Positions 53,401-64,000 of a stretch of 64,000 nt of DNA are shown here, piece after piece (the first letter of the stretch is position 1; every line of letters begins with the position of its first letter). The DNA is taken from NCBI RefSeq assembly GCF_963676685.1, contig NC_092346.1:44392001-44456000 (forward strand), written 5' to 3'. Source of the DNA: Mytilus edulis. Taxonomy: Eukaryota. Below the pieces are notes generated by a model, which made no database searches, had not been told where the DNA came from, and saw only the letters and a program-made list of their open reading frames with translations. Made by a program: the position numbers and the translations under genes.

Positions 53401-56400
53401 TTCTTTTTATAAATCTTTTACATGTATAATGATAAGCAATCTGTAAAAGTCTTATAAAATTTTAATTACTTTTTAACAGTTTTTGAGAACTTCAACATGT
53501 CAATGATAAAGCTATGAAAAGTCAAGAGAGAATATTTTCCCGCCAAAATTTCAATGGCATATATCTCGAAAACAAGCACGGCGACCTATATATTTGTTTT
53601 GCTCTTTGGATTTCTTTTATAACCCCCTATCTATATAAACTAGTGTTTTGAAAAGTTAATTACTTTGAAACTGAGAAGCGAACTCCCTTAATCAACAAAG
53701 CATCTTATATGTATATATTGCATCAGCATTATGCATGTAATATTTTCCACAGGACATCTAACACCTATGCATAGGCATTAAAACCTGCATGGAATGGGCC
53801 AATTATTGATCTAATTACTAACCTCATCACCCATATTGACTAGGTTATCTATAAGATCTTTGTTAGATTCACTCAAGGTTTTATGCCTCATCATTAATCC
53901 TTTCACCTTGTCCTCGGCTGCTATATAATCTACAAAATGACACAATAACATAAAGTGAGAGTTATCCTCAACAATTAAAATAATCTGAAAATTAATTTAT
54001 AATACACAATGATGATTACGTTCAATTGCTTATTTTAAGTTATGATATACTTACAAGGTTAAATAAACTAATCATAGATACCAGGACTAAATTTTGTATA
54101 TACGCCAGACGCGCGTTTCATCTACAATATACTTACAAGGTTAAAGAGATTCTGACAGACCTGAACACAGTCCAAGACTCTCAAAATACCACTTTTACTT
54201 TGCCAGTATATAAAGTCAGTTACTGTATTTACAATTTTTATCCAGCACATACAGTTTCACTAAGCAAAAAGAATGGTTGCAATATGATATACATGTACCT
54301 TTAATTGTATCACCACATGCCGGTACAATATTTGTACATATATAAAGATAAAGAATAAAATATGAAAAATTAAAGATGCAATAAAGAAAGAGATTTGAAG
54401 ATAAAATATTAAATTGGCATAGATTCTAAAAAGTTCACAGTTAAATGAAAACATGTACTAAGTTTCAAATAGATGTGACCACAACATCATGGTAAACTAC
54501 CTTGACCCCCCAAAAAATTTCTGATACATGTACTTGATGAATAACTAGACCAGAAAACATAATGACACCATCACTATCATATGCAGGGCAAACAAAATTT
54601 CAATCCCATTATCTGTACCCTTGAGTTACAGTTACTAATTGAATGCACACTTTTGTTGTTTTTATTCACTAATTACAATCTTGCAGTAGTTTCTAATACA
54701 AATTTCATAAAATGTCCTTATTTGACACACTGGACAGGGGGTCACATTTTTCTTTTTTCAGACTTAAATTTCTTAGGAACTGATCTTCTCTTCTTGATCC
54801 ATAGTAAAATCATACACCAAAAACTATATACACAAAATAAATATCAAATCTACTAATAAAAGACCTTTGTTTATTAGTTTTGTAATAAGACCTGTTACAT
54901 CTACATGGATTTTTTAAATGTTTTTGTTCCTACTAAATACGAGGCTCCCACAGGGTACCCCCCTCAGGTCCCAAGGTCGCTTTAAAATTCGTCGAGGTTG
55001 TTTTTAAGGGAAATGTACAGGTCGCAGGTCGTTTTTCCCAACACAGAGGACAGAAGTCGGTCCCAGGTCGTTTTTTCCAAATTTTACAGGTCGCAGGTCG
55101 TTTTTAGAAGGCCCTCAGGTCGGAAGTCGCCTCTAAAAAGCCCAGAGGTTGCACGTTTTGACCCTGCGGGAGCCTCAAATACCAGATGAATAAGCTAGAG
55201 GAAGGAAGAATTAAAAGCATAGCTTTATTTCATTAATATATATACATAATGGCATAATAAAAATTATAATCTATGTAAATGTATTCACTAAAATGTAAAT
55301 TATTTTTACAAAAGTAAACCTATACCAAGGTGTAAATAAATACCTCTAAAATGTGACCTGGATTGTGCTATAATCAAATATCAATTCTTTATGATGACTT
55401 ACAGTAATTATCATTTAATATTTGATGAGTTATATAACTTAAAATAAATGTAAACTGATAATGTTCTGACCAAATGGCCTTTACATAAAAAAGGACATAT
55501 CAATTATATAAAAAAGTCTAGGATAATTTCAAAAGCTGAAGTCAAAATATGATGGCAATGTGAGGAAAACACATCCTTACTATGATTGTAATTTTTTGTG
55601 ATCTTCTTTAATTTTGTAAATAATTTAGGGCTATGGTATGTTAAACTGTAATTCCTTCAAAATTTCAATGCAAACCTTTTCTTTTAATAAACTGCATTTA
55701 GCTCTGCTTTATAGCGTATCCAGAAAGATTCTTTTGAAGATAGTTATTTGATTGAACAATAAAAATATAACATTTAAATTTAAATTTAATAGGATATTTC
55801 AAATTAGCATGTACAAAAATAAATCTGCATTCAGAAGTAAATATGGAAATATATTGGAACTGCATACAATTGCTAATTATTTTCCAGAGAAAACATATGA
55901 TACATAAATGAATTGTAATTTACTTGGCTTGATTGTATTACTTGTATTACCAAAATTATGTGAAAATCATATAAGTATAATTCTTTGCCATCATTGTATT
56001 CCTTATCAAATTCAGAACTCTCTTTTATGAACTGTTTTCTTTCTAAAAAAAAAATATAATTTTCAATTTTTTGCTCAGAGTAACAACATGTATCTCCTTC
56101 AACAATTTTATTAGCATTTTAAATTCTAATAGTTTATGCTTAGTAATTGCTTACCATCAGGCATGGCCTCTGTAACACTGATCATATAATCTGAATACTT
56201 TTTAAATCTTTCTACTTTTTCACTGAGGTATCTTTGTCTGAAATATATATATCAATTTTATAAAATTTATAATATTTAAATTTCACAAATAGTAATTTTG
56301 CTCTACAAGAGGGAAAACATAGCCCTATATGATATTGTTGATGGTGATAATTGATGGCTGATTAAAATACATATATTCAGGATGAGAAGTTGAGATCTTG

Positions 56401-59400
56401 TTTTTTATAGTACATATAATATGAATATGAATCCTGTTTCATAACATTCTGCAGGTTTTCATTCTTCTAAACATCAAGTCCTTAGTGGAGTCTCGAGTGG
56501 AGTAGCAACAAATACTACTTTTCAAGTTTTGATTTTACCCTGGTGTTATTCAAACCCAGAACCTCCTTCAATTTAGGCTACCATGCTGCCACAAGACTAC
56601 CTATAGGTTTTCTTTTTCCAAATATTGAAGAGTTGGGACACTTTATTCATATAAATACCAAATTAAAATGTATAGTTGATTGATTACTGGTTGTGTAATG
56701 TTCAGAAGTAAATGACTTATCCATAATCCAAGTATTTAGTGTAGGAACAAACTAGTACATTCTTTTTAAAACGATTGATATTGTGTTTAAACTGAATTAT
56801 CTCCCTTGTAAATACAAGTTGTCCTTTCAGTAAATAATGTTAATCAATAAAATTGTAAAATTCAGCAATTCATGTTAATTAATTAACTTCGAGCAGCAGA
56901 ATTCTGTCAACATTAATCGTCAGACAGTCTTTAACTTAACCCTTCTGTTTTAATTTTGTGTCCCATTATAAATTTAAAAAGTATGGTTATACTATTAGCT
57001 TGAAAGCATCATAAAAAAATTAGAAACCAGATGTACTATCAATGATATTTAACCTTTGTTTGTACTCCTCCAATTCAATTTTAAATTGTTCAAGTTCTTG
57101 TGTTTTCTGTTCTTTTGAAATGACTTCTGTTTGATATTTCTGAATGGCTCTCTTCCTCTTAGCATCATACTCTTTGATATATTTATCACAGTCAGCAATC
57201 TGATGTTTAATCTGTAATGCACAACATGATAGTGCTATAGTTAGACCTGGACAGTAATAAATAGTCTAAATTTAATCAATCCAATTGATTTTTTTTAATT
57301 ATCATTAATAGAATAGAAAAAGGAGTGAGTACTTGAAATGTGTTGTTATTATCCCCTAAATTTAATGGTCCATCATTTTCAAAAGCTAAATCTAACAGTT
57401 CATCACCTTCAAAAGTAACAACTTAAAATGTTATCTGGAAAACTTTTCTGGGAGTCACCATATATGTTGCTCTGAGAAGGAACTATTTTTTATGACATCT
57501 CATTATTTTTTAGATTTGAACAACTGGCTCATCCAAAAAAAGATACTTCACTGTAAGATTTTTTTCCATCATGATTTATTATTGATTTTTACATGCTTAA
57601 TGCCCAATGGCAATAATATAGAAGTTTATGTTTAAACTGTAAACATTAATTTTTAATTTCGCAATCATCTAAATCTTGAATTGAAAACAATGCCTATAAT
57701 CATACCTCCTGCCTTCTCTTTTGTATGCGTATTCTCCTTTGTGCACATTCTTCCATACGTTGCCTGAAGAGTCTCCTGGCTTCTTCTAAGTCGGCATCGA
57801 CTTTAGCCACCTCTACCTCTTTCTTTAATAACAAAGTTTTCTGCAGAGTTCTGACCCCTGTTTCCAGAAGTCTGTCTCCAGACTCACTGACAACTGGGAA
57901 AGCTGTGACCTCATCTTCAAATTCTCTGTGAAAAAGAGTAAGGTTTTTTTTCTGAGAAATTTCAGTTAGAAATCATTGTAATTATTATCTGTATAACTAA
58001 ATGATCTTTTTTTGTATATTGACTGGTTAGATACATATGTATACTGTTCCCAGGAACACCTACCAATTGTTGTCATCCAATCATAAGTATGTATAATTAT
58101 GAAACATATATCAAGGTAATGTTATTATTAAAGGTTGAATTGTTTTGAAAATGGCCTATGGACATGATGGAAAATAAATTCTAGGGAAATTGGTGGTACA
58201 GTACATTCCGGTTATTTGCATAGCCTATTTGTCAGACGAAATTATGCAATAAAGCGGAGTATGCTTATATCCGAAATGCCAAATTACGGAGTCAAAGAAC
58301 ATCGATAGTGCAGATCAACAAAGAAGGAAGATGAACGTCCATAGTCCACTTACAACATATTGAATGCTTATTTATTCTAATAAAAGTTATTTGTCTAGTG
58401 TCATACATTTTATTTCATTGTGTATTCTTTCAATAAAGATTATAAACACATTTTGTTAAGTTTATTTATGTACCGATTTTTCCTTTACCTGAGATACGAA
58501 AATAAAATTGTTCTAAAAATAGATTTGTTTCTATGACCCAGATGTACAAATTACATTGTTACACCTTGTTTAAAATAAACTGTTTAACAATACTACACAG
58601 TTAATAATCATTGTAAACAATAATTGTGCAATGAACTGCCTTTGATATTCAGTATTTACCGATTACACAGTGATGTGACACTGTTACTTTAACACCGCTA
58701 GTTTCGTTTATGCAAAGCAGTTCACAGGTGATGGGGCCATGCACGGGTTATTTGCTGGACACGAGTGTTGAAAGTGAGAAATATATAATAATCAGAAGTT
58801 AATTTTCTTTTAAAAAATATTAAAAAAAAAAGATTAATGTATAAAATTCTTCAACCATATATAAAAGCCCTGTAATATTTAACATAAATGTAGATCACCC
58901 AAGCTGAATTACGAGATTACACATTGGATAATGATCGATAATTAGCAGGCGGTAATGTTTTAAAAATTCACCCAAAATGGAATCTATGAACAATGTTTGA
59001 AATCCAATCAATAATTAACACCTTTTGAGATAGAAGATCATAGAATGGTTGTGTTTTTACAACAATCAGCTGATTGACATTTTTATGACCTCGAGGCTTA
59101 AATTAGAATATGGGAAACTTTACCTGTGTACACATCGAGGACTTTTTTATAATCATATGAACACGAAAGATACTGTTTTAAAACTTTATTTGAATAACAC
59201 ACAAGTAAATGTGAAATAATAATGAAAATTATGATGCATTCAAGTAAAATATACTTACCAAATTGCCGTTTCCGGTCAAAAATCACGTCAGTTTTAACAC
59301 AGCATATCTAGCTGGCGATTATTTTCTATGCAATAAACCGAAATGCTACTTGTAAGGCTATGCATATAACCGGACAATTTAACATTAGGTGAATGGGAAA

Positions 59401-60912
59401 TGGTTTCGTGCAGGAGAAAAGTATGCAATTAACCGAATTATGCTATTAAGCGGTATGCAATTAAGTGGAATCGACTGTAATATAATTAAAATAATTATTT
59501 CTTTTCAGTGATGCTTGAAACATATGAATAAGAAAATATAAAACATTGAGTAGCAATAATCATATAAGTTACACCACAGGCGCTTGAGTATATGATACAG
59601 ATAAAAAAAAAAAAAATTGTTATTGATTAAAATATTCAATTTTCTACATGTATACTATCTATCACTACTGTGCATATCTCACCTAAGATGGAGTGATTTT
59701 ACCAACTCTGAGAAAAAACAATTTTACTATCCACATTAACTTAACCAACTCTGCAGTTAATGGTAAAATCACTCGAAACTAGGTGAGATATGCGCAGTAG
59801 TGATAGATATGTAGTATAATTAGATATAGAAAATTGAATATCTTAATCAACAACAAAAAAAATTAAAAACGAGATGTGTCAAAGCGACACAAATGGCCCC
59901 ATCTCAAAAAGTTGAAAAATTTGCAATTTCAATAACACATGTGGACACAAACATGAGGGTAGTCTCACATATCAAAAATCAGCTCAAAATCTGGATGCTT
60001 ATAGGAAAAAAAGTCTGTATATCTGTGATTTTCAACAATCTTCAGAGTTGTAAAGCCTTAATTTTGGCAAAAATTAGCTGAGCAGAACGAAACTTAAACT
60101 TGATCTGTTACTCATCATGAGTTACTCACATACCAAAAATCAGCCCAATATCTGAAGGCGTTTAGAAAAAAAGTCTGTATAACTGTGATTTTCAACAATT
60201 TATCTAAGTCCAAAGCCTGTAATTTCGGCAAAAATTAGCTGAGCAAAACAAAACTTAAACTTGATCTGTAACTCATCATGGTAACTCGCCTACAAAAAAT
60301 CAGCCCAATATCTGAAGGCGTTTAGAAAAAAATCTGTATAATGGTTTGTTGCGGAATGACAGAATGACGGATTTTCGGACAAGGGTAAAACTATATGGCA
60401 CCGACAACTTCGCTGTTGGGCCATAAAAATATCTGTATCATATACCCAAGCACCTGTGCATTGTGATTAATACTAAGTTAATGTCCAATGGCAATTATTT
60501 CACACATTTTCAGCAGGTTGATCTGTGCATTTTGAGTTTAAGCTCTTAATTCATATCTTTTTTGTATTCCATCAATGGAATGTATTAGGTATATTACAGT
60601 ATAGGCGATGAACTCACACCAAGTCGGTTGCCTATTGAGCATGCAACAAAATTAACAGATCATTTGTAAACTAATTCCTTATCATAAATGTTTGAATTAG
60701 TGTCCCCTCTCGGGATTTCCGATGATCAGTATTTTATTACATTCTTGTTTGCTAAGCCAGCGATCTGTCTTGAAAAGAAACATTATTGCTGTCTGTCAGG
60801 GGTTTTAGGGTAATATTTCATGAATTATTTACCTTTCGTGCAACTGAGTCACGAAAACATTTTGTTTACGGTTATCTAAATCAAGCTTATAATCATCTCT
60901 TGTAGCTGCCAT
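50448..60912 (-). CDS. CCDC42/CFAP73/CCDC197-family (DUF4200-like) ciliary coiled-coil protein, 346 aa, 8 exons
   Basis: Exons 60912-60833, 57925-57706, 57211-57054, 56237-56155, 53929-53823, 52887-52717, 51609-51493 and 50552-50448 (1041 nt, in phase). Motifs TLLLKKEVEVAKVDADLEEARRLFRQRME, DKYIKEYDAKRKRAIQK, LMMRHKTL and LGLIVMAINNMAE fit the family. The exact paralog is not resolvable by eye. Confidence 0.82.
52185..52228 (+). ncRNA. Type I hammerhead ribozyme variant (covaried stems, C3U)
   Basis: GCAUCA-UUGAAGA-GAC(AUGUAUU)GUC-GAA-AU(GCGC)AU-C/UGGUGC. All three stems pair. Confidence 0.7.
53298..53687. mobile_element. MITE, TTAA TSD, degenerate TIR
   Basis: TTAA|GGAAGCTGGCT ... AGCGAACTCCC|TTAA: TIR matches at 8 of 11 positions. 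Confidence 0.55.
54941..55176. mobile_element. MITE with GAG termini, 6-bp TSD and internal AGGTCG repeats
   Basis: AAATAC|GAGGCTCCCACAGGGT ... ACCCTGCGGGAGCCTC|AAATAC: TIR matches at 15 of 16 positions. GC-rich interior with about five AGGTCNCAGGTCGTTTT units. Confidence 0.85.
58199..59477. mobile_element. Non-autonomous Tc1/mariner (pogo/Tigger-like) element, TA TSD
   Basis: TA|CAGTACATTCCGGTTATTTGCATA ... TATGCAATTAAGTGGAATCGACTG|TA, with repeated subterminal TATGCA.TAA.CGG motifs at both ends. No transposase ORF. Confidence 0.75.
59575..60458. mobile_element. Foldback element with a nested HINE-like element (about 59864-60428, ~160-bp tandem units)
   Basis: Outer IR cacaggcgcttgagtatatgatacagata / tatctgtatcatatacccaagcacctgtg; inner arms about 59617-59704 and 59761-59856; nested units aaaattagctgagca at about 60070 and 60231. 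Confidence 0.7.
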
Positions 60913-61080
60913 CGTGGGAAATCAACGATATATATTATTAATCGAACAGTAACATGATTGCGTGTTCAGAAATACAACAGGTGTTCGATGTTATATGGCG
61001 GCAGCCATGTCTAAACAGTTTTATGCAAATGAGGGAACCTTGGAGATCGTCACGTGATAAAAGTTGATTTACGCGGGAGT
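60913..61080. promoter_or_regulatory. Proximal promoter of the coiled-coil gene
   Basis: Directly upstream of ATG 60912. Clustered motifs: ATGGCGGC (YY1-like, 60995), ATGCAAAT (octamer, 61023) and GTCACGTGA (E-box, 61049). Confidence 0.45.
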
Positions 61081-61808
61081 TTATAATTTTAATTTTGAGC
61101 TTTTTCAAGATCTTTCAATACCGTTAGGGAGCTACCATTTGATTTTTATAGGGGGGGGGGGGGGGTATGTGCAAGCAGAGACATATAATAAATGGTCTTA
61201 AACTGAAAGTCGTCCAAGTTGTAAAGAGAATTTTTGGTGGGTCTACATAATAAATTAGACTAGGTAAAGTATATTGATTGTTGTTTTCTTAACAGAATAG
61301 AAAATTAATGGACGAAATAAAAAATAACAAAGAAAAGGGAGTGCTTAAATATATAAAAAAAAGACTCAATAAGAAAATGAGCAAAATAAACAAAGACTGC
61401 AAAGACAACTCGAAATGGCCTAACCAAAGATTCAAATTGCATGTACTATATAAACCCTTGTCATAACTTGTGACTGTCGTACAATTAAAGGATGTATAAA
61501 CACCCAAAGAGCTCATCCTCTCCAATCCAGACTCTCATACAAGGTTTATAATTAACTATGACAAACGTTCTTTTTGTCTCTATTAGATTCGAGTCATCGA
61601 CAAGCGCTGGAATTTACAGTTTCATGACAAAATCAATAAAAAAACGAAAGACATATTGAAAACCAAAATTTACAATTAATTAATGCAAATCTGAGGAATT
61701 CTAGGCTCGGATCAAAACAACTTCAGTTTTACGAAATATTTGAACAGTTTATGAACTATAAATTTACATATCAAACGTGTTAGAGTAAAACAACTTTATG
61801 TTTCGTAT

Positions 61809-62255
61809 TAGTATGAAATTCAAAACAGTGTAGCTGTGGCCATTGATTGACCCATCAAAATCATCCATTGACTGGGACAATTTACGTGAACGTTTGTCTG
61901 TAACAACCACTGTTCATGACGTACCTACGATAGACATTTAAACTGTGGGGTCAACAAAGGTTTCTTAACGCCTTTAATTATAAAATAATTCGAAAAATTA
62001 ATCAGGAATAACCTTTGTGTTTTGATTTATATAATTGATATAAATCAAAATATCGTGTTATTTCTGATTAATTTTTCGAATTACTTTATTTAGGTGTTGA
62101 GAACCTTTGGTGACCCCATAGTTTAAGTGTCTTTAAAAAGTACATAGTGAGCATTGGTCGTTACATACAAACGTTCACCTAAATTGCCCCAGTCAATGAA
62201 TGATTTTAATGTGTCAATCAATGGCCACAGCTACACTGTTTTGAATTTCATACTA
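61809..62255. repeat. ~445-bp foldback palindrome (MITE-like)
   Basis: tagtatgaaattcaaaacagtgtagctgtggccattgattgac... pairs with ...gtcaatcaatggccacagctacactgttttgaatttcatacta. The arms are complementary almost to the centre (~62035). Confidence 0.85.
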
Positions 62256-63055
62256 TTTGAAAATTTTACATATCAAACGAGTTTTATGTTTGAAATTGAA
62301 GGTCTTGGAATATTTCAAGAGATCTTCAATGAGTAATGGATATCCTGAATTCGAATTATGGAGATCCTGAAATATTTCAGCAGCTCCTTTAAAAGAACAA
62401 CAGTTTTGACTTAATTTGCGTCTCGTACTATCGTACGTTGCGCCAAACAAACTATCTGCATGCGCAAAATGTCTACCTGCCATATTCTTCTAGATTATAA
62501 GTTTATTTTTCTTATTGTATGCTAAGCCATAGTTCACTGCTCCTTTTCAGACATGCCACACAGAGGGCTTTATTAGAACACTGAACTTTTTACACTCCGT
62601 CTCGAACAAAGGATCACTTATCAAAATGTCACGTAAACGAACATTAACTTAACACATCGTTTGCATGTGCATCGGTCTGGACATAAAATGCAATGATCGT
62701 GAACAGCTGTTATGAAAACTAAAGCTAAATCTAGAGAGCTTTTATTTGAACTTTCAATCTTTCCCTTTTCAAGCCAGTGCTGTTTAGTACAATTTAAGTA
62801 CATACTTTTAGCTTACACGTACAGTATGTACTAAACAGAACAATTCTGACCTCGTTTACAGACAAATTTTCTAAACGTGCGAATATCTTTTCAAATATTT
62901 CTGACCTATTTCATAGTATACTTGTCTTTTATCTTATATTGTTGATGTCCGAATTTCATTCAATATCAATTTAAGATAAGTTATGTTTGCCCTTGAAACT
63001 CAAGATCTAGAAACTTTGGAATCTATAAACAAAAGATTATATGTTATCTTTGAAC

Positions 63056-63063
63056 TATAAAAG
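63056..63063 (+). promoter_or_regulatory. TATA box of the countin-like gene
   Basis: Perfect TATAAAAG beginning 58 nt upstream of the ATG at 63114. Confidence 0.55.
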
Positions 63064-63113
63064 GGATTCCTTTGCACAATTCGTTCCACTTTTTAGTTTA
63101 TAGTTATAGGAAA

Positions 63114-63877
63114 ATGAAGGTAAGATTTTATGCAGCAATATACACACTCTTTCCTGTTTTTAAATTGAGAAAATTCATAAACTGAGAAATCTTTAACAGA
63201 ACTATAAAAAAAAAACAAAAAAAAAACCTTTATTTATTTTGTGCGTTCGAATGTCTTTTCTAGATTAACCGTTATCCGGAAGGCTCAAATTCAAACATTT
63301 GAAAACCAAGGTTGGAGCTATTTATATGACTAAAGGAGACTCTAAAAAAAATTAACAAAATTCATCTAAGCTGAACTTTGCCTACCTTTTAGGCTTAGCT
63401 TCTCTTAAAATAATTATCAATGGAAAATCTTTGAAAAGTGTGTTATAAAGCAAGTCAGTTCTGAAGCACTGACTTATGAGCTTAAGATACACTCGAGGAC
63501 TAAAAGTCATGTTTAACCTTCTACAATGCAAGACCATTTAAAATGTAAATGGTTATATTATATGCATTTCTCAAAAAAGTCTAAACTTAACCGATTGCAG
63601 ATTTTAAAAAAATCCAATAAAATGTTGACAGAATATTTTTGCGACTCAAAAGGTAAAAAACTTTTTCAGGTATTCTGTGTAGGGGTAGCATTGATGCTGG
63701 TTTGCCAGTCAACAGCAATGTCGCTGTTGAGGGATAGACCAAATCAGAAAGTTGTACACAGCTTCCTTCAGAAAGTAGAATACATAAATCCACACAACAA
63801 AGTTGGTGCTGATCTGTGTCCTACTTGTGTATCATTTACAGGACAGGCTATTAACACACTTCTCAATTTGATTCTGC
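63114..63877 (+). CDS. Countin-like secreted saposin-B-type protein, 5' partial (continues beyond the window)
   Basis: A 6-nt coding exon ATGAAG|gtaaga (63114-63119) splices to tttttcag|63670-63877|gtaagt. This gives the signal peptide MKVFCVGVALMLVCQSTA, followed by LCPTCVSFTGQAINTLLNLIL, which resembles the first saposin helix of countin (CxxCVxFxGxxxNxLLNxIL). Confidence 0.75.
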
Positions 63878-64000
63878 GTAAGTAAAGTTTGAAATTATGT
63901 CCCACTTTGTATAGTGAAGTTATCGTATAGTGTTTTTTCGTATGAGCCTTCTAAAGATTTGCATGTATAATATAAATGTTTAAGTAAAATACCTAGAAGT

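Noticed and set aside
61151-61165. Poly-G run as a G-quadruplex regulatory element
   Set aside because: It is the homopolymer part of a short repeat fragment (ttagggagctaccatttgattt...), and its length is unreliable in assemblies.
63526-63669. N-terminus of the 119-aa ORF
   Set aside because: It lies upstream of a strong acceptor; the MK micro-exon at 63114 gives a proper signal peptide.

Overview
AT-rich, intron-rich animal genomic DNA. The repeat families and gene content point to a bivalve mollusc, most likely a mussel (Mytilus-like); this assignment is an inference. The ORF track is mostly noise or exon fragments, so I assembled genes by hand from GT-AG junctions with phase checks. Five genes were recovered: (1) a 6-exon minus-strand gene (11337-17567, about 656 aa) fusing an N-terminal DZIP3-type HEPN domain with intact RNxxxH to a C-terminal TICAM/TRIF-like TIR domain; (2) radial spoke head RSPH4/6 (minus, 10 exons, 528 aa), head-to-head with (3) Salvador/SAV1 (plus, 7 exons, about 738 aa), which has an unusual ~327-aa Gln-rich tail after the SARAH domain ending in a PDZ-ligand-like ETKV; (4) a CCDC42/CFAP73/CCDC197-family coiled-coil gene (minus, 8 exons, 346 aa); and (5) the 5' end of a secreted countin-like saposin gene. 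Non-coding DNA holds a decayed Penelope-like RT, a 358-bp tandem repeat with type I hammerhead ribozymes (retrozyme-like) plus many dispersed and covarying hammerhead copies, several TTAA- and TA-flanked MITEs, HINE-like elements with internal tandem repeats, long foldbacks, and a tandem duplication that appears to have copied the promoter and non-coding first exon of the HEPN-TIR gene.
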